Assembly: GCA_045647355.1 (NCBI GenBank)
Contig: JAZRMF010000005.1
Coordinates: 13,288 to 77,287 of the forward strand
Direction: 5' to 3'
Length of the DNA: 64,000 nucleotides
Source of the DNA: Candidatus Enterousia sp.
Lineage (GTDB): Bacteria > Pseudomonadota > Alphaproteobacteria > Rs-D84
This document shows, in pieces, positions 1-10,148 of the stretch. Each line of letters begins with the position of its first letter. Within the stretch, counting starts at the first letter, position 1. The position numbers were made by a program, and so were the translations under genes. The notes beneath the pieces were generated by a model. The model was not told where the DNA came from and made no database searches. It was given only the letters and a program-made list of their open reading frames with translations.

Positions 1-1
1 T

Positions 2-1090
2 GCATCCATGTCCAGTAATATGAACGACACGGATCAATTGGCGCTGTTTGTGGATGATGCAAAATCTAATTTTGGCATTCAAATCGTCCCGCCTGATGTG
101 AATACCAGTGAATCACTATTTACGGTCAAAGATGGCAAGATTATATATGCCTTGGCCGCGATTAAGGGCGTTGGCGTTGCGGCGATGGATGCGCTTGTTG
201 CGGAACGCGCAAAGGGTAAGTTTAAAAACATAACTGATTTTGCAAAACGTTGTGCGTCATTTATGAACAAACGTATCTTAGAGGCCTTCGCCCGTGTCGG
301 CGTACTGGATTCCATAAATCCAAATCGTGCCGAGATATTTGTAAATGCGGATATGATTTTATCTTATGCGGCAAAATCAAAAGAAAATGCGAACGCACTA
401 TCACTATTTGCAAATACGGTTGAAGATGATGTTAGCGAAGATAGGCTTGCCAAGAACCTGGTTAAAACAACGCCGTGGACGTTCGGCCAAAAGTTGGAAA
501 ATGAACTTTCGGCACTTGGGTTTTATATTTCGGCGCATCCGTTGGATCAATACAAACATTTAATCGCGCGTGAACATTTGGCGACCAGTGCAACATTGGC
601 GGATATGCAGGACCGCGCATCTGTGCGTATTGCGGCAAATGTTAATTCGTTTTCACATCGGCGCACCAAGGCCGGTAAAGAGATGTTAACAATAAATGCA
701 TCGGATAGTTTTGGAAATATCGATGCGGTGGCGTTTGGTGATGCAGTGTCCGAACTGTCGGTTGTGTTGGGGGCGGAAAATACGGTGGTAATATCTGGGA
801 AAACATCTAATCGTGACGACAGGGTGTCGATATTTATTGATTCTATTATACCACTTGCGCAATGGGTGGCGCGAATTGCAAACAAAATGACGTTGGGTGT
901 TCATAATAAAAATGTGCTGGCGGACATTAAAAAGGCATTAAGTACCCTGCCCGCTGGAAAAACCAAGGTTGTTTTGAACCTATATTCGGGTGACAAAAAG
1001 ACATCACTTGAATTAAAGGGTGGTGTGGAACTTGGCAAGACAACTATTGGTGATTTTGTCGGCCTGGGGATAAAGGTTAATATAGAATGA
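2..1090 (+). CDS. dnaE: DNA polymerase III alpha subunit, C-terminal part (gene starts before the window)
   Basis: PPDVNTS, YALAAIKGVG, ELSALGFYISAHPLD motifs and a C-terminal OB fold; frame is open from the window edge. Confidence 0.95.
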   Translation, partial: ASMSSNMNDTDQLALFVDDAKSNFGIQIVPPDVNTSESLFTVKDGKIIYALAAIKGVGVAAMDALVAERAKGKFKNITDFAKRCASFMNKRILEAFARVGVLDSINPNRAEIFVNADMILSYAAKSKENANALSLFANTVEDDVSEDRLAKNLVKTTPWTFGQKLENELSALGFYISAHPLDQYKHLIAREHLATSATLADMQDRASVRIAANVNSFSHRRTKAGKEMLTINASDSFGNIDAVAFGDAVSELSVVLGAENTVVISGKTSNRDDRVSIFIDSIIPLAQWVARIANKMTLGVHNKNVLADIKKALSTLPAGKTKVVLNLYSGDKKTSLELKGGVELGKTTIGDFVGLGIKVNIE

Positions 1091-1866
1091 TAGATTTTCT
1101 TAAATTTATAAATTATTTTTATGAAATAGAAACAGATATTTGTGACATAGTGAAAAAACATAAGTTATGCCCAGGTAGCGAGTATTTATCCGCCTTTAGT
1201 ACAAATGTTGCAGATTTTAATTTTAATCATATTGTGCCTATAGGAGATATCACACCACGAGACGTTATGATTGCAACAGAAAATGAATTTAAAATGCGCA
1301 ATCGCGAACCTGTTGTATATGTAACTCCATTATGCAACGACTATCCATGTTCAGGTAATGATGATTTACAATTAATTTCTACTGACGCTTGGATGGTATT
1401 TGAAGGCAAAAAAACAACAAAATTTGAATCAAATGATATTATCGTACGTGTTGCAACAAATGCAGATATAGATGGGTATATTGACGTTTATTACAAGGGA
1501 TTTTCAACTGGTGTTTATTCAGGCATGGAATCTGGTTATGCTATAACAGAACGCAAATCTTTTGATAATCCGTATAAAACCAAGTTGATGGCTTTTTACA
1601 AAGACAAACCAATTGGTGTGGTTAGTGTCGATGTAAAAGATGATGTGGCATATATCGAATCTTTTGCCATTTTACCAGAATATCGTCGCGGTGGCGAGGC
1701 CGCACGTATTTTGGGAAATGCCGCAATTAGAACAAGTTATAATAAAGGCGCAAATAATATATTTATTATCACTGCGGCTGGGACGGCATTAGAACGGTTT
1801 TATCAAATGGCTGGTTTTTCAACTAAGTTTTGTGGATGTTTTTATAAATGGAGAAAACAATCTTGA
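1087..1866 (+). CDS. GNAT-family N-acetyltransferase
   Basis: C-terminal GNAT motif A (FAILPEYRRGG) and motif B (ALERFYQMAGF); ATGA overlap with dnaE. Confidence 0.8.
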   Translation: MIDFLKFINYFYEIETDICDIVKKHKLCPGSEYLSAFSTNVADFNFNHIVPIGDITPRDVMIATENEFKMRNREPVVYVTPLCNDYPCSGNDDLQLISTDAWMVFEGKKTTKFESNDIIVRVATNADIDGYIDVYYKGFSTGVYSGMESGYAITERKSFDNPYKTKLMAFYKDKPIGVVSVDVKDDVAYIESFAILPEYRRGGEAARILGNAAIRTSYNKGANNIFIITAAGTALERFYQMAGFSTKFCGCFYKWRKQS

Positions 1867-2708
1867 AACATATACCTGTACTTTTAGATGCGGTTTTGAA
1901 CACGATTGGTGATATTCGTGGAGCCAATGTTTTGGATGCAACATTTGGTGCCGGTGGCTATACGCGCGCATTTTTGCAACGTGGTGCCAATGTAACGGCA
2001 TTTGATCGTGACCCTAATGTATTGGATGATGTCAAGCAGATGAAACAAGAATATGGTAATCGTTTTAATTTTATCCCCGCGCCCTTTTCTCGTATGGTTG
2101 AATTAAATGGTAAATTTGATGCGATTGTTTTTGATTTGGGTATTTCGTCTATGCAGATAGACAACCCGAAACGTGGTTTTTCTTTTCGGACGGACGCGCC
2201 GTTGGATATGCGTATGTCTGTGGATGGTCCAACGGTACGTGATATGTTTGAACGGTGGAGTGTGGACGATATTACCAAAATTTTGCATGATTATGGCGAC
2301 ATTAAGCCTGCAGCGGCCATTGCGCGTGCTATTAAAGATACGATGCCACGTACGACATTTGAATTAAAAGATTTGATTCATAACCCACGTGATATCGCGC
2401 CGGTGTTTCAATCATTGCGTATTGCTGTGAATGATGAAATGGGCGAATTGACACGTGCATTGAATACGGTCCCAGAACGGTTAATGCCTGGGGGGCGGTG
2501 TGTTTGTGTGACATTTCATTCTATCGAAGACAGAATAGTCAAAGATACTTTTCGCAAATGGACCACGCCGGTTGGTGATCCGCGTATGCCAAGTGTAGAA
2601 AACGCGCCTTTTGAATTATTAAAGACGAAAACACCAACAACACAGGAGGTTGATAGTAATCCGCGTGCGCGCAGTGCACATATGCGTGGGGTGGTAAAAT
2701 TGTGTTGA
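1848..2708 (+). CDS. rsmH: 16S rRNA m4C1402 methyltransferase RsmH
   Basis: HIPVLL, DATFGAGGY, FDLGISSMQID..RGFSF, PLDMRM, TFHSIEDRIVK, NPRARSA; exact start uncertain (TTG at 1863 possible). Confidence 0.95.
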   Translation: MEKTILKHIPVLLDAVLNTIGDIRGANVLDATFGAGGYTRAFLQRGANVTAFDRDPNVLDDVKQMKQEYGNRFNFIPAPFSRMVELNGKFDAIVFDLGISSMQIDNPKRGFSFRTDAPLDMRMSVDGPTVRDMFERWSVDDITKILHDYGDIKPAAAIARAIKDTMPRTTFELKDLIHNPRDIAPVFQSLRIAVNDEMGELTRALNTVPERLMPGGRCVCVTFHSIEDRIVKDTFRKWTTPVGDPRMPSVENAPFELLKTKTPTTQEVDSNPRARSAHMRGVVKLC

Positions 2709-2767
2709 CCCAATGCGCAAGATTTTTGTAAAATAAACTCTAAACAAAAGGAAAAAGGAAAGGAAAG

Positions 2768-3310
2768 ATGAAAAACAAATTGTTTTTAGTGACTTTTTTG
2801 GTCGCATTGTTGTTAGTGCACGCGGCGGACGCGGTGTGTCCTGTATGCACTATCGCGATTGGCGCGGGTCTGGAAGGAATGCGCATGATGGGGGTCAAAG
2901 ATGTTATTACTGGTATTTGGGCCGGTGGTTTAACTTTGTCTTTGATTGGTTGGACCGCAAATTATATGCGTGCGCACAATGTTCATAATAAGATTTGGTA
3001 TGTTCTGAACCCTGTGGTTTACCTTGCGTTGTTATTCAGTGTGTATTTTGTACCGACTGAGAATCCTATTGTAAAATGGTGGGATAATTGTATGTGGGGT
3101 GTGGATCAATTCTTGTTGGGCGCCATTGTTGGCGGAATTGTATTTGTTTTAATGGAATTATGGTATATGCGTATCAAACGCAATCATGGTGGTCATGCAT
3201 TGTTCCCGTTTCAAAAGGTGGTGATGCCTTTTGTGGGGCTGTTGCTGGCGACAGGAATATTTTGGGCAATCATCAGTTTGTTGCCGAAATACGGAATAGT
3301 TTTATGCTAA
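2768..3310 (+). CDS. Uncharacterised membrane protein with signal peptide followed by CPVC (CxxC) and about 4 TM helices
   Basis: MKNKLFLVTFLVALLLVHAADA|VCPVC, hydrophobic segments, FPFQKVV; AGGAAAG RBS. Confidence 0.75.
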   Translation: MKNKLFLVTFLVALLLVHAADAVCPVCTIAIGAGLEGMRMMGVKDVITGIWAGGLTLSLIGWTANYMRAHNVHNKIWYVLNPVVYLALLFSVYFVPTENPIVKWWDNCMWGVDQFLLGAIVGGIVFVLMELWYMRIKRNHGGHALFPFQKVVMPFVGLLLATGIFWAIISLLPKYGIVLC

Positions 3311-3338
3311 CGATATATTTATAAAAAAGGATATTGTT

Positions 3339-3920
3339 ATGAAAAAAGAAAAGATGACATTGGAAGAAATGGTTAAAAAGATTGATGATTCCAAAAAGGT
3401 TAATCCGTTGGATTTGTCTTCGGATCAAGATTTATCTATTGCATTGATGAACTTGGTATCGTTGGAAGAGCATTTTTTCTTTAGTGGTGCCAAGACCAAA
3501 AAGCCTGGATTTTATGATTTGATAAATGTTGTACGCGAAATGCGTAAAGAATTGATGGAACGGATTGTTGCCAAAAATGGCATTGAAGGTGGTGAAGTTT
3601 GGTGCATTTCAAAGCATTTGCTGGCCGCGTCTATGCGTCTGTACGAGGTTGGTACCAAGGCCATGGGTGCCGGCAACAAAAAAGATGCCTATAAAATGTT
3701 TGAAAAGGCGTATGAATTGTATTCTTTGTTTTGGGGACTGAATATGAATATGATTGATTTGGATGGCGTCAAACAGATGGAACCAAAGTTTTATGAATCT
3801 GTGATGGGTGATGATGCCAAAAAATCGAAAGACGTCAAAACGCAAATGACTGAATCAAAATCAACAGTGCGCAAATTGGGCGATTGGGTTAAAAAAGCAG
3901 TCAATTGTTGCATAGAATAA
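3339..3920 (+). CDS. Uncharacterised helical cytoplasmic protein (EEH, WCISKH motifs, C-terminal CCIE)
   Basis: 193-aa ORF with AAGGA RBS, 28 nt after the preceding gene. Confidence 0.75.
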   Translation: MKKEKMTLEEMVKKIDDSKKVNPLDLSSDQDLSIALMNLVSLEEHFFFSGAKTKKPGFYDLINVVREMRKELMERIVAKNGIEGGEVWCISKHLLAASMRLYEVGTKAMGAGNKKDAYKMFEKAYELYSLFWGLNMNMIDLDGVKQMEPKFYESVMGDDAKKSKDVKTQMTESKSTVRKLGDWVKKAVNCCIE

Positions 3921-3940
3921 AATAGGCGGGAAATTCACTA

Positions 3941-3970
3941 TTGACTAGATTTACGAAAAAATATTATACT
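3941..3970 (+). promoter_or_regulatory. sigma70-type promoter for the secreted-protein cluster
   Basis: TTGACT-N18-TATACT upstream of AGGGAG RBS and TTG start at 3991. Confidence 0.55.
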
Positions 3971-3990
3971 TATACCAGAAGGGAGAAAAT

Positions 3991-6402
3991 TTGATTACGC
4001 AAGGAAAGTTTTTTTCTTGTTTTGCGTGTTTGTTGGCGATATGTGGTGTCGCATATGGTGCGTATGCACCTTCGTCTGTGTCTAATCCCCGCGCAAACGA
4101 TTCGGGAACATCTCCAAGATATGCCCAGGGCAATAATGAAAATATTGCGCGTCGTGCGGCAATTGTCGGTGCAACCCGGGTTCGCGTAAATCCATCACGT
4201 GCGGGTGTTGTGTCACGTGGGGCGCTTATTAATTCCGCTGTTCGGACCGCGGTTCCGTCAACACGCACACGGGTGCGCACCGCTACGGCACCTGTTACGG
4301 TTTCGCGGGTGGCACGCAGTGCAAAAACCAATGCTCGGTCTGGCAAAAGCACAATACTAGATACTTCTAATATATCGCGCAGTGCTACGGTACGTGCAAC
4401 GGCGTTGTTTAATGATGTTAGTAAAATTGGCTCTGGATATGCAAATTGCCGTGAATCATATGCAACGTGTATGGATCAAATCTGTGGCCAGGCGAACGAT
4501 ACATATCGTCGTTGTTTCTGTAGTGATCGTTTTAACCAGTTTCGCGATACGGAAAACGCCCTGGACAAGGCGATGATTATGTTGCAACAGTTCCAAGACA
4601 ATAATTTAAATGCTGTTGATAAAACCGCCGCAGAAGTAAATGCAATGTATTCTGCAACCGTTGGGGAACAGGCGATAAAAAAGGATACCAGTGCATCGGC
4701 CAAAATGTTAGAGGAAATAAACGATTTATTGTCGGGAAAGTCGTCGTCCAAGAGCTATTCTGGATCTTCTAATTCAATTGGTGTATTGGATTTAGATTTT
4801 TCGTCTGATATGGATGATATTTGGTCGGGTGGTGGCGATTCAATATTCTCGTCATCTGGACAGGATTTATCACAATTAGAAGGTTCCGCATTGTTTAATG
4901 CGGCCCAAAAACAGTGTTCACGTTTGTCGCAAAGTACGTGTGAAAACGATGCGGTGTTTTCGATGTCTAAAAGTTCTTATAATATCTTGATAAGTCAAGA
5001 TTGTAACGCATATGAAAAAACTGTGAATAAAAAGCGCGAAACTGTGGCACAGGCTATTCGTACGGCGGAAAAGTTCCTGCGTGAGGCACGTTTGGAAGAA
5101 TATCGTTCACATAATTCCGCGGATGTTAATGAATGTGTTGCCAAGGTACGCGCGGCAATGTTACAGGACACAGCATGTGGCGATAATTACAAGCGTTGTT
5201 TAGACCCAACAGGCGCGTATATAAACGGTTCAACCGGTGAGGCAATTTATTCGCCACGTTTGTTCAAACTTGAAGAAACTATTGCGCTTAGCGGTGATGT
5301 GTCGGGTGATGTGTTGGCTGACAACCCAGATTATAACAAGTTTTTAGAAAATTATCGGAAATACGTGACACGTGAATTGGATACGTGCCGTGATATTGCA
5401 GACTTTGTTTGGACTGAATTCAAACGTAACGCAATAATTGAAATCGCCCAGGCACAATCGAACAAGATTGAAGAAGTCAAAATGTCATGTGTTAACACAA
5501 TGGCGGAGTGTTATAATACACAAACCCAGGCATTGGTCGGTTTCGACCAGAATACCGCAACGGCGGCGGGCGCATTGGGTCGTTATGCCGCGCGTGATAT
5601 GTGCCGCGAAAAGGTTACTGCGTGTGCTGCATTATATGGTAGTGCAAGTGACAATCGGTCGTGTGAATTTGATAGTCGTGGGCATTTGACCAGTGATTCT
5701 AAAACCTGTGGTTTGGCATCGTTGTTGAACTATGTTTCGACAGTCGATTCGTTAAACGTGGTTGAAAAGTGTAACGATGCCATTGATGAATATGTTGAAC
5801 AACTTTGCACCCCCGAAGGTGGAACGTACGAATATCCGTATAAGTGCAAGGATATGTCACCAGTTGATAGTGATAATAACATGAGTTTACCGCATGTAAT
5901 AAAAGAATACGCACTGGCGAATTGTTGGGACGTTTCGGACAAGGACAAAGAAAAGGCGTATGCTAATTTGGATATCAAAATTCGTACGCGTATTGATACG
6001 GTGATTGCGGATGTACGTTCGGGTATACGTTCGACATTGGGTGAAATATGCGAAGATAAAGAAGGGCATTGGTATAATTCGGATTCCGAAGGTCGGGTAC
6101 AATCGCCCGCATTTGAAACACCACCACGGCTTACGGTGTTTTACAATGAAGTTTCTGGGCGTGGAACCGATGATCCAACATTGGCAGAATGGGGCGTTTG
6201 TTATCAAAACACGCGTATGTTGGATTGTTTGGGGCATAATTCTATCGACACCAAAGTGGATGACGAAGGTACGGTTACGACGAATTACGCCACGTGGGAT
6301 GCAACACGGGAAGTTTGTACGTTCACAGATTCTTGGTACAAGAAAAAGTGTGAACAAATTGGTGGGTATTACGAAAACGAAACATGTTATATAGGAAATT
6401 AA
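3991..6402 (+). CDS. Secreted cysteine-rich protein with R/S/A/T-rich N-terminal region
   Basis: Signal peptide (..ICGVAYG|A), about 110 aa of Arg-rich low complexity, about 28 Cys in the mature part. Confidence 0.8.
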   Translation: MITQGKFFSCFACLLAICGVAYGAYAPSSVSNPRANDSGTSPRYAQGNNENIARRAAIVGATRVRVNPSRAGVVSRGALINSAVRTAVPSTRTRVRTATAPVTVSRVARSAKTNARSGKSTILDTSNISRSATVRATALFNDVSKIGSGYANCRESYATCMDQICGQANDTYRRCFCSDRFNQFRDTENALDKAMIMLQQFQDNNLNAVDKTAAEVNAMYSATVGEQAIKKDTSASAKMLEEINDLLSGKSSSKSYSGSSNSIGVLDLDFSSDMDDIWSGGGDSIFSSSGQDLSQLEGSALFNAAQKQCSRLSQSTCENDAVFSMSKSSYNILISQDCNAYEKTVNKKRETVAQAIRTAEKFLREARLEEYRSHNSADVNECVAKVRAAMLQDTACGDNYKRCLDPTGAYINGSTGEAIYSPRLFKLEETIALSGDVSGDVLADNPDYNKFLENYRKYVTRELDTCRDIADFVWTEFKRNAIIEIAQAQSNKIEEVKMSCVNTMAECYNTQTQALVGFDQNTATAAGALGRYAARDMCREKVTACAALYGSASDNRSCEFDSRGHLTSDSKTCGLASLLNYVSTVDSLNVVEKCNDAIDEYVEQLCTPEGGTYEYPYKCKDMSPVDSDNNMSLPHVIKEYALANCWDVSDKDKEKAYANLDIKIRTRIDTVIADVRSGIRSTLGEICEDKEGHWYNSDSEGRVQSPAFETPPRLTVFYNEVSGRGTDDPTLAEWGVCYQNTRMLDCLGHNSIDTKVDDEGTVTTNYATWDATREVCTFTDSWYKKKCEQIGGYYENETCYIGN

Positions 6403-6425
6403 AATAAACAAAAAAGGACAGAACC

Positions 6426-8831
6426 ATGTTAAATAGAAAAGCGTTTATTGGTATAGTTGCGGTTATGTGTTGTGCACAGGCTGCATTAGGTGCCGCGAGT
6501 GTACGTTCGGTTGGTACACAAAATGCCGGTGCAACATCTGCACGCACAGGCAGTTTACGTGTTACACCCACCAAAACGGTGTCGGCCACACCACGGACAT
6601 CGGTTGGAACGCCTGCTGTGATTTCGGGTGCCGGACGTTTAGCAACATCGGGTGGCGGAACAATCGGCAATAAACCTGGCAAAATCGGTAAACAGGGTTC
6701 TGCAGCATCTGCGGCGGCATTGGCAGATTTGGAAAGAAGCATGGAAGAATTGACAAACAATTATAATGCGCTTAGCAATCAATATGCTCAACTGTCCTTG
6801 GGTATTTCTGATGCAACCGCGACAGCGTTAAATGCAAAAAATGCAAGTGAGGCGAACACGGAACAAATCGCGCTTAAAATGAACAGTACCGATTTTAACA
6901 CAAAATTTGATGCGCGTGCGGAAACTGCGGGTCTGGCTGATAAATCTTTCGTACAGAGTTATGTTAGTGAAAATGCCCCTACCCCGGATTTAACTGGTTA
7001 TTACACAAGTGCGCAGGTTGAAAGTCGGTTGTCGTCCAAGGTCGGTGTTGGGTCCGACTTTGACAATGCGTTTGATTCACGTTTAGAAAACAAAGGTATT
7101 GAATCTAATGTTAGCAATTTGACGAACCGTGTTACGGCTATCGAGGAAAATCCGGGTGTTAATACGGATGCGGTAAACGGTTTGATTGATGCCAAAGTAG
7201 AAGGTCTGCGTACCGAAGTTACTATGGGGCTTACCACTACATTGGAAAGTGCAAAAGAATATACAAATGCCAACAAGGGTATGACTGCATCAGAACAGGC
7301 GGCATTTAGTACATTGTCGGGAAATGTGACCACTTTGGCTACCCAGATGGATTCCAAATTAAGTAAAGACGAGGCTTCGTCTACCTACTCTACCAAGGAC
7401 GAATTAGCAAATGCGGTTATCGGCGGTCAGGTTGATCTTTCGGGGTATGCAACAACCGGAACGGTTAATGCGTTGGCTGAACGCGTTACTGGTGCCGAAA
7501 CAGCAATTCAAAATAATACAACCGCATTAAATGGCAAGGTTGATAACGAAACATTGACCTCTTTGGCTTCGCAAATAAATGCGGCACTGGATACCAAAGT
7601 AGACTTTAATAATTTTGATACTTTGTCGACCCAGGTGTCTGCTAATTCTACGAGTTTGACGGGCAAAGCTGATGCTGCAACGGTTAACGCATACATCGCG
7701 TTGATAAATGATGAATTGGCAGAAAAAGTAAGTGAAAGTCGTGTTGAGGAATTGATAGATAATGCCAATCTTGGCGGGGGGCAAGTTAATTTATCTAACT
7801 ATTATGACAAAACACAAGTAAACTCGTTATTGGATGCCAAGGCAGACGCTGGTACAGTGTATACCAAGACCGAAGTAAATGATTTGTTGGGTGAAAAAGC
7901 TAATGCGGCCACAGTTAACAGTGCGATTGAAAGCATAAATACATCGTTGGGAGACAAAGCAAATACTGTTACTGTTAATGCAGCGTTGGAAAATATAGTT
8001 TCTTCGTTGGAAGGCAAAGCGTCGACGGAATATGTCAATGATGCAATAGAACAAGCGGTAACAGGTTATTCACCAGAAGAAATACGGGGAATAGTGGAAG
8101 ATATTGTTGGCGAATCAACGTTTGTGACAGTCGATACGTTTGATACACATGTTACAAACGCAGATTCAACTTTTGCCACCAAGGATGAAAATGCGGCAAT
8201 GTTGGCACGTGCCAAAGCTTATGCTGATGAAAAACTCGATGAAATCAGTATACCTGAACCAAATTTAACCAATTATTACACCAAGGGCCAAGTTGACGAA
8301 TTCCTGGGCGCAAAAGCAGATACACAAACGGTTAATGCGGCCTTAGATGCCAAGGCAAATGCGAGTGCTGTTTATTCAATTGCAGAGGCAGACGAAACAT
8401 TTGTTAAACAAGAGGATGCTGTTAGATTGGACACCCAGGTTGGTGAAAACACCGAAAATATCGGAACGTTAGGCACTACTGTCGGGGAGTTGCAAGAAAC
8501 TGTGGCGGGGCATGGCACTGATATCACTAATTTGCAAACGGATATGGCGACCAAATCCGAACTGCAAACAGCAGAGTCAACATTGACAGCGGCTATTTCA
8601 ACTGCTCAAACTGCGGCAACAAATGCAGCAAAAGGATACACAGATGATAAAATTTCGACTCTTGCAACCAAGTCAGAACTGCAAGAACTCGCATCAAATA
8701 CTTATACCAAGGCAGAAACAGATGCCATGTTGATTACAAACAATATATGCGGTGGTAGAGCAGCAACGGTAACAACTGAACAGCTTGCAGATGGGACCGG
8801 GACCCGTGTTACAGTTACTTGTCCAGACTAA
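6426..8831 (+). CDS. Secreted fibre-like coiled-coil repeat protein
   Basis: Signal peptide; repeated (D/N)L(S/T)xYYTKxxVD and KAD/N-xxTVNAAL units; terminal Cys pair. Confidence 0.8.
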   Translation: MLNRKAFIGIVAVMCCAQAALGAASVRSVGTQNAGATSARTGSLRVTPTKTVSATPRTSVGTPAVISGAGRLATSGGGTIGNKPGKIGKQGSAASAAALADLERSMEELTNNYNALSNQYAQLSLGISDATATALNAKNASEANTEQIALKMNSTDFNTKFDARAETAGLADKSFVQSYVSENAPTPDLTGYYTSAQVESRLSSKVGVGSDFDNAFDSRLENKGIESNVSNLTNRVTAIEENPGVNTDAVNGLIDAKVEGLRTEVTMGLTTTLESAKEYTNANKGMTASEQAAFSTLSGNVTTLATQMDSKLSKDEASSTYSTKDELANAVIGGQVDLSGYATTGTVNALAERVTGAETAIQNNTTALNGKVDNETLTSLASQINAALDTKVDFNNFDTLSTQVSANSTSLTGKADAATVNAYIALINDELAEKVSESRVEELIDNANLGGGQVNLSNYYDKTQVNSLLDAKADAGTVYTKTEVNDLLGEKANAATVNSAIESINTSLGDKANTVTVNAALENIVSSLEGKASTEYVNDAIEQAVTGYSPEEIRGIVEDIVGESTFVTVDTFDTHVTNADSTFATKDENAAMLARAKAYADEKLDEISIPEPNLTNYYTKGQVDEFLGAKADTQTVNAALDAKANASAVYSIAEADETFVKQEDAVRLDTQVGENTENIGTLGTTVGELQETVAGHGTDITNLQTDMATKSELQTAESTLTAAISTAQTAATNAAKGYTDDKISTLATKSELQELASNTYTKAETDAMLITNNICGGRAATVTTEQLADGTGTRVTVTCPD

Positions 8832-8890
8832 TAAATACCATGCAAAGTAAGTGCGATTTGATAACAAAGAATTTAAAGAGGGGATAAAAA

Positions 8891-10114
8891 ATGGTCAAAA
8901 ATAAAATATATTCAAAATATGGATTATCATTGGTGTGTCTTCTATCTGTTATTGGTGGGGGCGCATACGCGACAGAAGTTACTAATGGTTTTTCATTTGT
9001 AATACCGAATATCCAGGGGGCTGCGGGCTGTGCACCGACGGTGAACAAGAACGCGAATAATTGCACCGTGGTGCAACCCACCGCGCGCGCCAATGGTACT
9101 GGTGAATGTCAGGCAACCGGTGACCCCCAAATAATTTGTCCAGGTGCACCAGGGACCCCAGGAACCAGTTGTACAACCAGTGCCGAACGCGTCGATACTG
9201 GGGTAAGGGTTACCACACAATGTGGTGATGATGATCCGCAAACAGAAATTGTTAATGATGGTATCAGTCCAACGATAGATTATGAAACCATTACAAATAC
9301 GGTGTCACAGAATATGGCAGGTACTTATGCGTCCAAAGAAGATATTGCCGGTTTTCAAACAGCGTCTGATGTTTCAACCGCAATATCAAGTGCAACCAGT
9401 GGTTTTGCATCGAAAACTAATATTCCTGTGATGGATACCACTACTGGTGGAATGTCTTGGGTTGACCCGACAACTGGTAATACCATACATTATGGTCAAT
9501 ATACGTTTATTACGTTTGGTTCTTATAACAAGAAAATGAACAATAAATGGTTCAAATGCACAAAATTCAAAACGGATGTGCCAACTACTACGTTGGTTCA
9601 ACAACATATAGAAAATGTACAATGTAATAGTGGCGACGGGTGGAATTATGGGACAGATTGCCTTTTGGATGGTTCTATAACGTCATATGCTTCCCCATTG
9701 CCCCAAGGGCTTGAAAATTGGAATTGGAAATATAATCTGTGTCAGATTATCAAATCTGGGGATGCGATAACCATGATAGAAGAAACCGTTGCCGATAAAG
9801 GGTATTTAACATCAGGCACTGTAAGAACAGCGTTGGGCTTGGGTGCAAATGCTACAGTTGCAACGACGGATTTGATTCCTTCGGATAGCCATATCAAGGA
9901 CGCAATTGCAACAGTTGGTTACGCAATGGACACGGATTTACAGACATTACAACAAACTGTAACGGATGGCCTTGCCGCGCGGCCAACACAAGACGAAGTT
10001 ACTAGTATGGTCAATTCTAGTAAATTGTGCCAAGGTGATATTCGTGTAGAACGTACCGCAGTGGAAGGCGCAAACCGGTTCTCTGTTTATTGTGTAACAG
10101 TAACAAATGAGTAA
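8891..10114 (+). CDS. Secreted fibre-like protein with Cys-rich N-terminus and short collagen-like segment
   Basis: Signal peptide (GGGAYA|T), PGAPGTPG, YASKEDIAGFQTASDV shaft units, central Cys/aromatic domain, terminal Cys pair. Confidence 0.78.
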   Translation: MVKNKIYSKYGLSLVCLLSVIGGGAYATEVTNGFSFVIPNIQGAAGCAPTVNKNANNCTVVQPTARANGTGECQATGDPQIICPGAPGTPGTSCTTSAERVDTGVRVTTQCGDDDPQTEIVNDGISPTIDYETITNTVSQNMAGTYASKEDIAGFQTASDVSTAISSATSGFASKTNIPVMDTTTGGMSWVDPTTGNTIHYGQYTFITFGSYNKKMNNKWFKCTKFKTDVPTTTLVQQHIENVQCNSGDGWNYGTDCLLDGSITSYASPLPQGLENWNWKYNLCQIIKSGDAITMIEETVADKGYLTSGTVRTALGLGANATVATTDLIPSDSHIKDAIATVGYAMDTDLQTLQQTVTDGLAARPTQDEVTSMVNSSKLCQGDIRVERTAVEGANRFSVYCVTVTNE

Positions 10115-10148
10115 TTTAAAAGAAATAATTGATAAAAAAGGACAAACT

